Shown here piece after piece: positions 13,248 through 25,998 of a stretch of DNA of 64,000 nucleotides. Numbering within the stretch: position 1 is the stretch's first letter; each line of letters starts with the position of its first letter. Below the pieces are notes generated by a model. The model did no database searches, was not told the DNA's origin, and was given only the letters and a program-made list of their open reading frames with translations. A program made the translations under genes and the position numbers. This DNA is from Paraspadella gotoi (Eukaryota; Animalia; Chaetognatha): positions 9,036,278-9,100,277 of the forward strand of contig CM119263.1 of assembly GCA_051294375.1 (NCBI GenBank), given 5' to 3'.

Positions 13248-16110
13248 GCTTTTTTTTCAGAGAAATTAAATCACGATGACGCTGATAGTAAAAGTCATCG
13301 TGACGAAGATGAAGACGACGACGATTAAGACGACGACTATAATGACGATCACAACAAAGACAGGAATACGATGATGAGGAAGGAGTTACTACTCCTATTA
13401 CTATTACTACTCCTATTACTACCGTTACAAGGCAAATGACGACTTCCCAACACGCTTAAGACCGCGACCACCATTCCACCACTAAAACGAACGAATTAAC
13501 CCAATTCGACGACGACGACGACGANNNNNNNNNNNNNNNNNNNNNNNNNNNNNNNNNNNNNNNNNNNNNNNNNNNNNNNNNNNNNNNNNNNNNNNNNNNN
13601 NNNNNNNNNNNNNNNNNNNNNNNNNNNNNNNNNNNNNNNNNNNNNNNNNNNNTTTTTTCTCTTTTGGGTCCCCAAAATTCCTAGTAATAGGATTTTCACC
13701 GTTGCTGGTTTCGGGCTTTTTTTTTCTCCTTAGCGTCAGTTAATGCTATTAAACGAGGTTAATTTTATTAGGTAGCGATGTTTACATAATTATTGTACCT
13801 TGAGAAGGGTCTTCGCATTCAAACCTCGATTTTAAATTTTCTTAAGGTCGACGGGTCGTAAAAGATTGAGAATTTAGTTTTTTTTCTTTTTTTTGTCAGA
13901 CGAATATTTCGACGCAAATCATGTTTGTGTGTGACTTTGTAAACGGAAAGACGATTAATACAAACTTTTGATACAATTTGTTTTTATTTATTCATTTATT
14001 TATTAGTTATTTTTTTGGGTGTGCGCGCGTGGTCACTTTTTTCTAGTCGTTCATATTAAACGAAATTAGTTAAATGAAAAGAATATTAAAAAAAAATCAA
14101 GCAAGAAAACATGACACTAAGTGGTAACATGTTATCTTTACTACCAAAAAATTAGGACAACTAAACAGATCATAGAGAGAAAAAAAAATCTAGACCGTCA
14201 TCGGAAATTATTATCAAATAGCGAATTTTATTTGTTGTTTTTATCATTGAGTTTCGTTGGCGGAAAATACGCGAGGAATTTTGTCCGATTTTCGTTTGGG
14301 TTTGTTTTTTCTGTTTTTTCTGCCCCCGAATTTTTCCTCTATATTTTTTTTCGAATACAATAAACGGAAAATCGAAGAAGGATGATTGTATTCCGTCTCT
14401 TGCTCGAGGACGACAATTTTCGTGAATGAGTCTAATGACTNNNNNNNNNNNNNNNNNNNNNNNNNNNNNNNNNNNNNNCTCTCTCTCTCTCTTTACCATA
14501 TAATAAGGATAAAGAACGAACCGACGACGACACTGAAGACTACGACGACGACGACCACGACGAAGTGTCGAGGAATATTCGTCTCTCTCTCTCTCTCAAA
14601 AATATCCTCGGCCTCTTCGTCTAAATTTTGCAGAGATTCAGAGATGAAAGGCGAAAACTGGTGGTCAGAAAAACCAGATTTGTCGATTACGTGGGCGAAT
14701 CCCAAGCTACGTATGTTACCTATGTATGTATGTTATGTTTATTAATCGTCTATTTTTGGTTTTAGTCAAAAAAAAATAACCGCTGAACTTAATCAAATGG
14801 AGCAATAAAATTCTCTCACGCCGCCGAAAAAAAAAAATTCACACATTCGCAGATTTGTCTCGAAATGAAAGGAGAGAAAGAGAGAGAGAAGGAGCTTAAA
14901 ATAGAAAGTCCTGTCTTCCCAACGAGTGAAACTTATTTCTTGTTCTCGCTAATTTGCATTAATTTGTGGAATTTACTGATTGCGCGGATTGATTTAGTTA
15001 TTTCTTTGTATTATTTGTATTCGAGAATTGAACGAAAAAGATAATGATGATGAAGATGTAGAACGAGGCTCTTCGCAATGATAAAATAAGTTGCATCTCA
15101 AACGCGCGAAAAATTAGCAAATGTGGGAGGAAAGGTTCGACTAAGATGCTGTACAGAGTGAAGGGATGTCACGAGCTGTTTGAGGAGATCAAACCCGGAA
15201 TTTTTTTTTTCGTTGAAGTTCGAAGTGAGACGAAGAAAAGAGGGAAAATGTATGCAAAATACTATGCATACTATGCGAAGGCGCCGCGACGATTAAACCG
15301 GCTCAGCGGAGCTCGGAATGGCTCCAAGTTATTTTAACTATCTACGGGTTTTTTTTCCCTTGTTGTTCGTAAAGGCCTGTTGTGAAAAAAAATAGAGAGA
15401 GAGTGAGATCATGATCGAAAAAATCCATGAACTGGTGGTTTATAGCATTTGCTTATGAATCATGAATGAGAATATCGAATTTGACCCCTGAGAGAGAGGA
15501 GAGAGCGGAGAAGGAGAGAGGGAGAGAGGGAGAGAGAGAGAGAGAGATGAACTACAGTTCGTCAAAATCGAGATGAAAATCATTTTTTCTAGGTTGTTGT
15601 GGCGACTGATCGATTAATTAATTAGGATTTTTTGTTAAAAAGAGATCGTGAGATATTAAAAAAGCGAAACAATCGAAACATTTGCAAAATATTTAGTTTA
15701 GGATTCGTTGGCGATTTAGTAAAAATGAATGTTGGAAGCAAATAAAGAAATTTAAAAAAAACTAAAGTCCTCGGACTGAAGGGATGGTTATCTTGGCAGA
15801 AATGAAAACCGCGATTGTCGACGCGGGAGATGGAGGACAGAGAGAGAGAGATGAGAGAGAAAGAGAGAGAGAGAGAGAGAAGAGAAAATTTGTCTTTTAT
15901 CCTTTTTTTTAATTAAAAAAGTTTAAAACTTTTCGTTTCCTTCGGGGATTAAAGGTTATCTGTTTTGCGAAGAAGAGAAAAAGCGAACGAAGCAAAAAAA
16001 TAAAAGCGGAATTCTCTTTTCTGCGAAATTTTTTTTCTTTCTCTTAATCTTCGAAATGCATCTTAAACGGTCGAGCCACTTTCGGAATGTAGCGATAAGA
16101 GCAACTAAAT

Positions 16111-16152
<42 letters not shown>

Positions 16153-18649
16153 AAATCATTTTCTATTGCGATATAACCAAGAAATAATCTCTTTCCTAGT
16201 ATAATTTTTATTGTAAAAAAAAAAGAAACTTATTTTAAGAATTTTTGAGGGGAAATATTTTTGTTATCAAAGGCGTCAGGAATCTTTATCTCGGTTTTTC
16301 AGTTGGTCTCGCGTCAATAAGATAAGAAGCTTCATTTTTTTCTGAGAGAAAAAAATGGAAAAGATTCGAGAAATAAATATCAGGACAGGAATGGCAAAAC
16401 GACCAGTCTGACGTATGAACAAGGCAATCCAACCGTGAGCTAGAAAAAGTTTTAGACAACAAATAATAGTATAGTAATGTCAAACTCGCTTCCAGGAGGA
16501 AAAAAAAGGTTTTTTATCATTCGTTTTACATATTGTTATTTTTATTTTGAATGAAGCTATTCTTAAAAAATGACTAAACGGATATTGTAAATTATTTAAG
16601 TTTTAACCATTAAGCCGCTACTTTAAAAAAAATAAGTCTTCAGTGGATCATATATGCGAATTTCCTTGATTAAAGAACTTACCATTTTCGTGCAAAAAAA
16701 AACAAAAAAAACTGAAAAAAAAAGGAAACTGAGAAAAAAAAAGGAGTTAAGTTTTAACGCACCTACATTATTATTTTTCTTTCGTTTTGAAACTGAGAGG
16801 AAATCTGATCCGCGTTAGAGACAGAAAACTAAGGAGACTAGAGGGGGCATCTCCAGCTGCCCTTCTTCAAATGGCGAAACTCTCGAAGGAAACACTTTTT
16901 TTTCTTTCGATTTCATTTTCGAAACTTTTTTTTATGAAAAAAAAAGTTGAAAGAATTCGACAAAAGCGGTGGTGGTGTCCCGTCGTTTAAATCCCGAGCC
17001 CGCCCTTGCCCCCGCGAATAACTTTGGGAGAGAGAAGGTGGGGGGAGAAAGAACGGGGATTTGTGGGGAGGGGGGATGGCCGATTATGGGAGGTGCTGGG
17101 ATGGAAGGCTCATTCTCGAAAATGATTTCCCCCCTTTTAATATGAACATTTTTACTCATTAAGAGCGAAGTCACCACAAGTTCACGCAAAAGTTCACAAA
17201 TCTCAGAGAAATCACCATTCGGTTCACGCTAAAACTTCGCCGAATCGTTTTCTAACCGATTAGCCCTTTCTCTTTTTCTTTTAAGCTTAGCCAAGCATAA
17301 AATCTTTAAAGGTCTCTATTTAACTTTACCCGTTCATCGTTTTCATGTAAATGAGTTTCCGAACTAATGGGTTTCGTGTTTCTAGTTAGTTAAGGTTTTT
17401 TCCTTGATTTCAAAGGGAAATCGTATCTTTAAAATTTAGAAAGTTCCTGCCTGGTCATTGAGTTGAAAAGACTGAGGAAAAATCTAGTAAAACCGTTCAA
17501 ATGACAAGAAATATTTACATTTTTTTAATAATACAAAAAAATATCTCAATGTATATAAGAAATTTTTTTGAGTTTTGACAGTGACAGTTTTGTCATCCTA
17601 GGAATGAGATTTACCGACAATGTCGGTACGCAACCCGTTGAGGTTTCGTCGACTTCTTTAATTCCGGTTTCCCTTCTACACAAATCNNNNNNNNNNATGA
17701 GAAGAAGTGATTCAAGGCGCCGGACAGCGGAACCTCACTGAGATAATTCCGGCGACAAATTGAGACAAAAGAGAAAAGAGAAGAGAGAAAAGAGAAGAGA
17801 GAGAAGGAAAAAATGATCGACGTCTTTCTGAATGGATTATTAAAAAGGCGAGGTCACGAAAAAGGTAAGGGTCAACCGAGGTCGCCGACGGCGAAGGGTG
17901 AGGCGATGAAAGGTTATGTCACGCCCACGAATGGAAGAGAGGAGAGAGGGAGAAGGAGAGAGGGAGAGAGTGGAGACGAGGAGAGAGGAGAGAGAGAGAG
18001 AAGAGAGAGAGAGAACAAAGACAACGACGAATGGAACCTTCGAATTTGACCGGAGGAAAAGGATTAGAACGTGGGATGCATTTTTGTCTGACGACGACGA
18101 CGACGAAGACGACAACGCAAACGACGACTACTCGAAAACTGACTTCGGCGACTACTAATGTTTCCGAAAAGTCAGAAAACGATTCGTGTTCTGTAATGAA
18201 AGGTTGAGTGGTCAACTGGAACGGACATTGCGACAAAATGACATGACAAATCGCAGGACAAAACGTCAGACGAAACAACAAAGCGGCAAGAAAGAGGGGA
18301 TGCGCTCAAGACAAACCCAGATTTAACACGCATAACCACACTAAGGATAAAATAGTATTAAATTTATTTAAAAATAGTATTTAATTAAAAATAGTATTGA
18401 ATTGAATTGAAATGGGAACTAAGAAGCCAAACGTCATGACAAATAGAAAGACAAGGAAAAATGCGAGAAAAACTGGTAAAAGGAGACAAGAAAGGCGCGG
18501 CGACGCGACAGGGTTGGCGCTGCAAACGGTAAACAAAGTGGCANNNNNNNNNNNNNNNNNNNNNNNNNAGAAAAAGTCTGCCAGCATGTGGCGCCCTAGA
18601 GAGACCAGAATGGCGGCGTATGAAGCATTGCCATAAGTGTGCGCGAGGA

Positions 18650-21360
18650 AGGGCCAGAAGTGAAATCCGAAAAAAGAAGAAAACAGAAACGTTGTGGAAA
18701 AGAATGCAGCAAGAAATTAAGTCGCAGGCTAAGTGTCACCGTAAATAGATACTAATAAACACTCGCCTAAAACAAGCAAGTAGCCAGTCGTTTAGATTCT
18801 TCCAATATAATGATTTTCTATTGAAGTGTGATCCAGCTCCCTAATTCATAACCGCCCGAATACCGGGAAGTTGAAGACACAGAACAGAAACCAAAAACGA
18901 TTCTCACCCTGCTTGATGTGCCATGATGATAGTTCGAACGGCTCGAGAGTAGTCAAAGACGGTTCGGCCATCCGGTCACCCGCGCTGTAACAGTGAAGCG
19001 TGTGACTCTGACAGTCCGCGGTGCTAAGCTCGAGGTAATGTGAAAGACGATAGACACTCCTATACAGCATCAGCTATAATGACGACTGCTGAAGTGATAA
19101 AACACAGCGACGCGAACCATCGCGAAGTGCGATCAGGCCATGAGCTAGAGGTATAAGGCCGCTAATTAGAAAAAAACCCACAAACCATAAACCATTGGTC
19201 CGGCGGATAACCACCGTCCCGGAAGTCCACTGAAAATCTCGGTGTATCTTCTTTTTTTCTCGGCCTTCGCTACCCCACACTATCGCATCTCTCACAATCT
19301 ATTGCCCACGCCTGCTGGGAGACACGGAATCCGATACCTGCGGCGCGGGTCATAGTTGTTGGACCCGTGCTTCAACCTCGTTGGTGATCTTGGTCATTCG
19401 AGAATGTCGTCCTAATTCTGACATGAAGGGACAGAAGGGTTTATCGACCCTTCTTCAAACGGACGCAAGCTCTCAGAGGCTCACAACTCGGAGCGAACCG
19501 TTTGCGCTAATTCAGTGAGACCAGATATAGTCGGTTGTAATCAAAGTCGCGGAGGACGGCTGGTTCATTCGATTAGGCAGGAAAAGGAGAAAGTCATATC
19601 AATCATTCAAAAAGAAACATTGCATCTCACCCACATTCAAAACTTGATAGTGTGTAGACAGGCTAATGTAGTCTGATGGAGCCTCTCGTAAGCCAACAAA
19701 AAAAAATTTCGTTCGAAATCTTGAATTAAAAACTCTGTCCCCTCTCCTGTTATAATCATGCCACAGTGTAATCTATTCTATTTTCACTCTATTCATTATT
19801 TCATTCATGAGCTCCAACCTAATCAAAATTGGAACCCGAGTCCGAAAGACTTGAATCACCTCACACGTGTCCACGCCTTCATCTGGTGAGTTAAGCTCAC
19901 TGCAGGTGTGCATTCCCGGGCTCGCATAATCTCTCCGTTACCTTCCACACATAACCTCCAGTGTCCGTTCAAAACTTTGTACTAAGCGTCATACATAGCT
20001 GACGATGACTGCACACCGGATTTGAACTACAGACTACAAATGATGCTAGCCTGCCTGGCAGTCACGAGAGTCCACCGCAAACTTCATGTTGCTCACATCA
20101 ATACGCTTTCCATTGACCCTCGCAACTTTTTTTTTCTCCTCCCCTTACGTCCATCCCTTTTTTACAAATGTTTCTCGTGAGAGGAAATCTTGAACATTGA
20201 TACACAGATAAACCGAATTGTCGCTCTCTTCTACTGTATTACTGTTTCTTTCTAAGATTTGATTATTTCATTAATCGGCATTGCGTTTAATATATTCTTC
20301 GCGAAACCCCTGCTCGTGACACTCTTCTTCTTCCCCTCCCATTACCGGAAGTGAAATCCGAAAGAAACAGAAGTGAAAGAAGCCAGCAAGAGAATAAGTC
20401 GGAAGTGTCACCGTAAATAGATATGAAACACTGCTAAAACACAGAAGTAGCAGTGTAAACTTTGAAGTGTGAAGTGATACCGGGAAGTGAGAAAAAACGA
20501 TACTGTGATGTGCCAGAAGTGGCGTTAGTAAGAGTCAGAAAAGGCGTCGTGAAGTGACTGAAGTGGTAATGTGAAAACGAAGAAGTGACACTGTGAAGTG
20601 AAACACACAGCCAAGGGACAGAAGTGACGAAGCGAATTGGCGACGGAACCAAAGGTTTTTTTTTCTCGGGTCATTCATCATTTATTCGCCGTTGACGATG
20701 GGGTCTTTGACTTTCAACGTGGTCGAGGTCATTCGTATTCTGAGAGAAGAGGGTCATCGCATTCAAACGGACAAGGGTCGTTCGCATTCAGTGAGACAGT
20801 AGTCGTCGAATCAAAGAGACGGCGGTCATTCGATTAGGAGGAAAAGGGAAATCTTAATCATTCAAAAAGACATGCATCACACATTCAAATTGAATGTAGA
20901 CAGGCTAATGTAGTCTGATGGAGCTCTCGTAAGCAAAAAAAAAATTCGTTCGAAATTTGAATTAAAACTGCCCCTTATAATCATGCACAGTGTAATTATT
21001 TAATTCATTATTCATTATTTCATTCATGAGCTCCACTAATCAAAATTGACGAAGACTTTCCCCTTCTGGAGAGTCACGGGGTCTTCGGCCGATCTCTTTT
21101 CCACCAACTCATCCTTCAACTTTGGTGAACTCCAAATGATGGAGTCACGAGATCACGAAAACTCATGTTTCTCAATTTCCTTCATTCCTATTTTTTTCTC
21201 CTCCCTTCGGCCATCCCTTTTAAAATAGACTTAACATTTAACAATAAACCGAATTCGCTTTCACTGTATTTCTTTTTCTAAGATTTATTATTTATTATAA
21301 TCGATTGCGTAATATATTCTCGGAAACCCTCTGTGAACTTTCCTTCTCCCCCCCTCCCCC
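18650..21360. repeat. Tandem direct duplication: insertion-rich copy about 18650-20340 and compact copy about 20345-21360 (likely long-read gap-fill artefact)
   Basis: Shared anchors in the same order: GAAGTGAAATCCGAAA; AAGTGTCACCGTAAATAGATA; GACAGGCTAATGTAGTCTGATGGAG; TTCATTATTTCATTCATGAGCTCCA; ATAAACCGAATT. The first copy is about 1.7x longer through scattered small insertions and starts just after the 25-N gap at 18544-18568. Confidence 0.85.
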
Positions 21361-22134
21361 ATAAACCCTTCTCGCCATATTCATTTTCCCTCAACCAACG
21401 CCGAGGAATTTCTGCTAAGCGTGATCGATGTCCCCCGGCCATCGCCACATAGATCCATGTCCCAACGAAACAGCTCCATAAAGAACATCGACCCAAGGAG
21501 CCCATTGAAAGCGTGCCATAGATTCGCTTCGCCAAAACATCAATAGATCGAGATTGGCCATAAAAAAGGAAAAAAAAAGGGGCAATGAAAGTTCTCCGTT
21601 AGGTTTTAACTTGTATATTAAATTCTTCATTCCCGTACTATGAAATCAAGCAAGCAATTATATTAATTTTAAAAATTCTGACTAAAACGATAACACTTCC
21701 CATATTCTCAATGATACCCGATTTCAGTCTCCACACAGTTTGTCCTCCACACGGACTCGTACCATAGATGATAGAGCCCCGGCCGGCCGGACCCCATAAA
21801 AGTGGATCGAAGCCAAACGTTCGGATCGACTGGATCCACTCATGATTGTGAATCCAGAAGCGGAAATGGTTTTTCGCCGAGGAAAGAAATAAAAAAAAAG
21901 GTCGGGATAAAAAAGGCCATGAGGGCAAAAGGGGTCGAGAAAGATAAGGGGTCGAGGACAATGTAGGGAATGAAGGTAAGGGGTTAAGGAGTTAGGGGAG
22001 CGGGGGATGATAATGCGACCTCGGGGCCGGTGGGAATTTGGGTCGATGCCGCCTTCGAACGATGGTGCGAGGCCGTGAATGGAAACTCGGCGAATAGAAT
22101 CCAATGTCTCTGCGGAGACGAAAGAAAGGAGAAT

Positions 22135-22206
22135 GGCCTGTTGGTCTAGTGGCATGATTCTCGCTTCGGGTGCGAGAGGTCCCGGGTTCGACTCCCGGAC
22201 AGGCCC
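22135..22206 (+). tRNA. tRNA-Pro(CGG): tRNA-Pro, anticodon CGG (eukaryotic, intronless)
   Basis: GGCCTGTTGGTCTAGTGGCATGATTCTCGCTTCGGGTGCGAGAGGTCCCGGGTTCGACTCCCGGACAGGCCC. Acceptor GGCCTGT/ACAGGCC, anticodon stem CTCGC/GCGAG with loop TT-CGG-GT, T-arm CCGGG-TTCGACT-CCCGG, A and B boxes, and a downstream oligo-T Pol III terminator. Confidence 0.96.
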
Positions 22207-22242
22207 ACTTATTTATTTTATTATTTTTGTATTACCAAATAA

Positions 22243-22291
22243 AGCCTTTTGGTCTAGTAGTATGACTCTCGCTTTGGTTGCGGCCAGGCCC
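22243..22291 (+). pseudogene. Truncated tRNA-Pro(TGG) relic lacking the variable loop and T-arm
   Basis: AGCCTTTTGGTCTAGTAGTATGACTCTCGCTTTGGTTGCG-GCCAGGCCC aligns to the 5' half and the 3' acceptor end of the adjacent tRNA-Pro. About 23 nt including the B box are missing. It is followed by TTTTT. Confidence 0.75.
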
Positions 22292-22629
22292 AACTTTTTA
22301 GCTAAAAAAAAAAAAAATTAATATGAATTTTGGGCAAATGAGAAAAATAAGAATTATTATATACGTACGTAAAAAAAATTTTAGGGGCCTTCCTGTTCGA
22401 CGTAAGCCTTCATCGCCCGACGCCAGACGACCGTTGCTATTTTGGTTAAACCAATTTCTTTCTCCTTTTGTGGTATTCATTGTAATTATATTTGGACGAT
22501 ATTGTGTTTGGACGGCCTTGATTGTATAGCGATCAAAGACGATTACCCGTCCCTTGATCGCATCGCACCGACCTCGGCAACGACGTTGTGATTCATATCC
22601 GAATCTCTCTTCGAAATCTTTCGATCGTC

Positions 22630-22737
<108 letters not shown>

Positions 22738-22776
22738 TCCAACAGTTACAGAGAAATAAAATCGAAAAATCTCCCG

Positions 22777-22913
22777 TGACTCAGGGGCCAAAATATCCCT
22801 CCATTAATGTTGTCCTCTGATTGGTTGTTCAAGCCTCACGTGACGCTCTGAATCTCGACCTCGGATTGGCCGGAAACGTGAATCGGATATTCTTAAGGGC
22901 GACTGTATAAAAA
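22777..22913 (+). promoter_or_regulatory. Candidate RNA Pol II core and proximal promoter
   Basis: TGACTCA (AP-1, 22777), inverted CCAAT boxes ATTGG (22820 and 22865), TCACGTGACG (E-box/bZIP overlap, 22836), CCGGAAA (ETS-like, 22870) and TATAAAAA (22906), in canonical order and spacing. No transcript evidence. Confidence 0.5.
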
Positions 22914-25900
22914 TCCCGCGTGACTGGAGGTGAGATTAGAATGGGGAGACAGAGTCAATGCCGAAGAGTCTAAAGCCTGGTCTGGAGGGAACAGGAGAAA
23001 GGAAAGAAAATGGAAAAAAAAGGAGAAAGAGAGAGAAGAAAAAAAAATAAATTAAAAAGACAGAAAAAAAATGTAACGTGATGAAATAAGCAAAGGGTAA
23101 AAAAACTGTTTAGAAATACCAGTAAACGGACCCACTCTTACAAAACGTTTCTCCCTTACTTACTTACTTACTTCCCACAAAAGTGCTTCAGCGAACTAAC
23201 CTCCCTTACCTCTATATCAAAAGGCTCCTCCCCCTCGCATAAGGCTCCCCTTTCACTCTATCTACATCCCCTCCCCCAGCCTCGCCCCCCCTCACGCCCA
23301 CGCCCCCGCCCCGACCCCCTAAGAATCGGCGAAGAGACGTCGCGTCGCTCCTCTCGCAGTCGACGATCAGAAGAGAAGTGATGAGGGACGAATTTAGCTT
23401 CGCCGCTCCGACTTTCCTCCGCTTAATGACCACTTTTAGCGTCTCGAGAAGCGGGGGGTGAGGAATAGGGTGAAGTGAAAGTTTGGAATCAAAAGTTTGC
23501 AGTTATATCTTGAAAACTATCATATTAGCGAATACTAATCTGAAGTTTTTTTTCTTTTTTTACAAATATAGTAGCCCAGTCAGCTTATTTTGTATATAGT
23601 ACTACCCTTATAAAATCAAAATTTAAAAATTATTTTTTTTTTATTCTCAGAACAGACTCAGATTGATAAAAGAAAACATAAATCTTTTTTAAAAAATATG
23701 TCATTAAGTAGGTTAAAATTATAAAGAACTATATTTATAAGCTGGAAATTGTAAATCGGCGTCTTAAATATAGTTTTTTACATTTTTGACCAACTTAATG
23801 ATAAAATTTTTAAAAAAGAATTATACTTTCTTATAACAACTTTTTGCAAGGTTTTTATGTTCATGTTTTATGTGCTAAATTTTAATTTTCTAAAATTTTA
23901 TCGTTTTCACATCACTCTAGTGAGGAAAGAGGTAGGAATGGGTGAGGGAAGGAACAGAGGGAAAGAAGTAGGAGGGAAGAGAGAAAGAGAGAAGAGAAGG
24001 AGGAAAGGGAGAGGAGTTGGAAAAGAGATGGACAAGATTGGGAGAAGAGAGGGAGAGTAGGGAGAGGAATGTGAAAGAACAAAAAAAAAAGCAGCAAAAA
24101 GTGAAAAAGTGAAAATGAGTAAAAAAAAAGATTGTGAGGGTATTAGGGAGAAGAGTGAGCGTTTAAATTGGTAAAGTTTAAAAATTATTAGACACAGATA
24201 TGAGAATAATGTTAAAAATTGAAGAGAAAGTGGTGCTTGGTTAAAAATAAGAGAAAATATTGAAAAAAAGATTTAAAAAAAATACAGTAATAAACAATAA
24301 CAATAATGATTGAGGAAAAATTAAAGTGGAAGGAAGTATAAAAAACAAGATAGAGTCACGGATTGAACCATAGTCACGTCCTTAGTTAATTTTTTTCGGA
24401 CTTTTTACTTTCAATGTGTTTAAACTTGCTTTTCGATTTTGCTCCGACTCATTCTCCTCATTATCTTCCTCCTCCTCCTCATATTCCTCTTTATCTTTGC
24501 TGCTGAAGAATAGATGAGCATACTGGCATGTGGAGGGCGAACAGACAGACAGACAGAAAGACGGACAGAGAGACAGACTTAAAACCTCGATATAGAATCA
24601 TGCCTGTGGCCGTGACTAAAAAGAGCGAGAAAAGTTGAGTGAGGAGAAAGGAGTGAATGGAAGAGAACGTACTAAAAGATGAGAGAAATAGAGAGAGCGA
24701 GAGAGAGACTCGCCAGAAGAAAATGGAAACGTTAAGCTCGACAGTGGAAGATGAATTGACCCAAGGAAGGAGGAGGGGGGACGGCGAGGGGAGAAGAAAT
24801 GGCGAAACAGAAAATATGGAGAGTTAGAGAGAGAGATAGAAGCGAAAACTGTAGATTAACTAAAGTAAAAAGATCCGTGCAGGAACTTTTGGGGTCTAGG
24901 GGGGGGGAGGTGAATAGGAGCGAACGGTATGATAAAGGGCGCAGAGAAATATGAAGATTCAGAGAGACCAAGGGGTTCGACGACAAGGACGGATTAGATG
25001 GAGGCCGCTGGTTTACAGGAGAGCGGATGAAAATGTCTGAGGGCAAATAAAGGATAAAATGGAAACCTTGCTAATGACGACGACGACGACGACGACGAGG
25101 GTAGCGTCCACAACAAAATCTCATTGGGTCAAGAATGAAAATCTATGCATTTTATTTATCTCATTTAATTAAAACTAGTCGTTTTTGGCTAATAAAATTT
25201 AGTACTGCTTTCTTTTTTAAAGAGTTTTTGGGACTAGAGTGAAAATACTAAAAAAAAGAAACGTAAAAACGTAAATGATTATTCTTATTTTTTTTACATA
25301 TAAAGTTTTTTGTGTGGGTTTTTAATTAATATGAAAAAAATTCTTAACAAAAAACTGCTCAACGATTTATTTTTAATATTAGATAAAATAAGCATTAGTA
25401 TAAAATCAAATAGAAAACATGATGTTTCAATTTATAAAAATCGTTTTTATTGTGTTTGTTTAAAAGGAGTTTATAAATATTCTTGGCCATGATTTTAATC
25501 AATTTATTTTTTACTCCAGTCATTAAGAAAGGAATGTCAGACAAAATACAACTGGGGAGTGGGGACCAATAGTAATAATGTTGTGAACGAATAAAACAAA
25601 TATTAGTGGTTTCTCGTAAAAAATATATAATCAGAATTTATGTCAAATTCTGTAAAATGGGTATAAAAACTAATGCACGAAGTGATATCGATATTTCTCG
25701 AATATTTTTAGTAATATTCTTTCGTCAACTTTTCGTTCTTTTTTCTTGAAACTCATGTTTTTGCTTTTATCTCTAATGCATGGTAAAAGGTTCGTTATCA
25801 ATTTTTCCCCTTTCTTTTCTTTAACTTGCCAATTAGCTTTTATTGTCATCCAAAAATAAATGGGTCAGCAGAGTTTCTGAGGTAGTTCTTTTTCCGCAAA

Positions 25901-25998
25901 AACTCATTTCTAGTTTTTAATTTCTAAATTTTTATTTCTTTATTTAATTTTTTTTTTTACTTTTTTTTTTCGTTTTGAAATGAAAGGAACCACGAAAA

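Larger units (their letters stand above)
632..14478. other. Gap-rich scaffold region (many N runs, e.g. 632-786, 8232-8983, 9857-10264), several abutting (AG)n or (GAC)n microsatellites
   Basis: N runs are seen directly, and contig ends often terminate in simple repeats. Exons could be hidden in these gaps. Confidence 0.95.

Noticed and set aside
20895-20945. Hammerhead-ribozyme-like CTGATGGAGCT..AGC.AAA
   Set aside because: Both copies read CTGATGGA rather than CTGANGA, the GAAA core lacks its G, and stems I and III cannot be formed.
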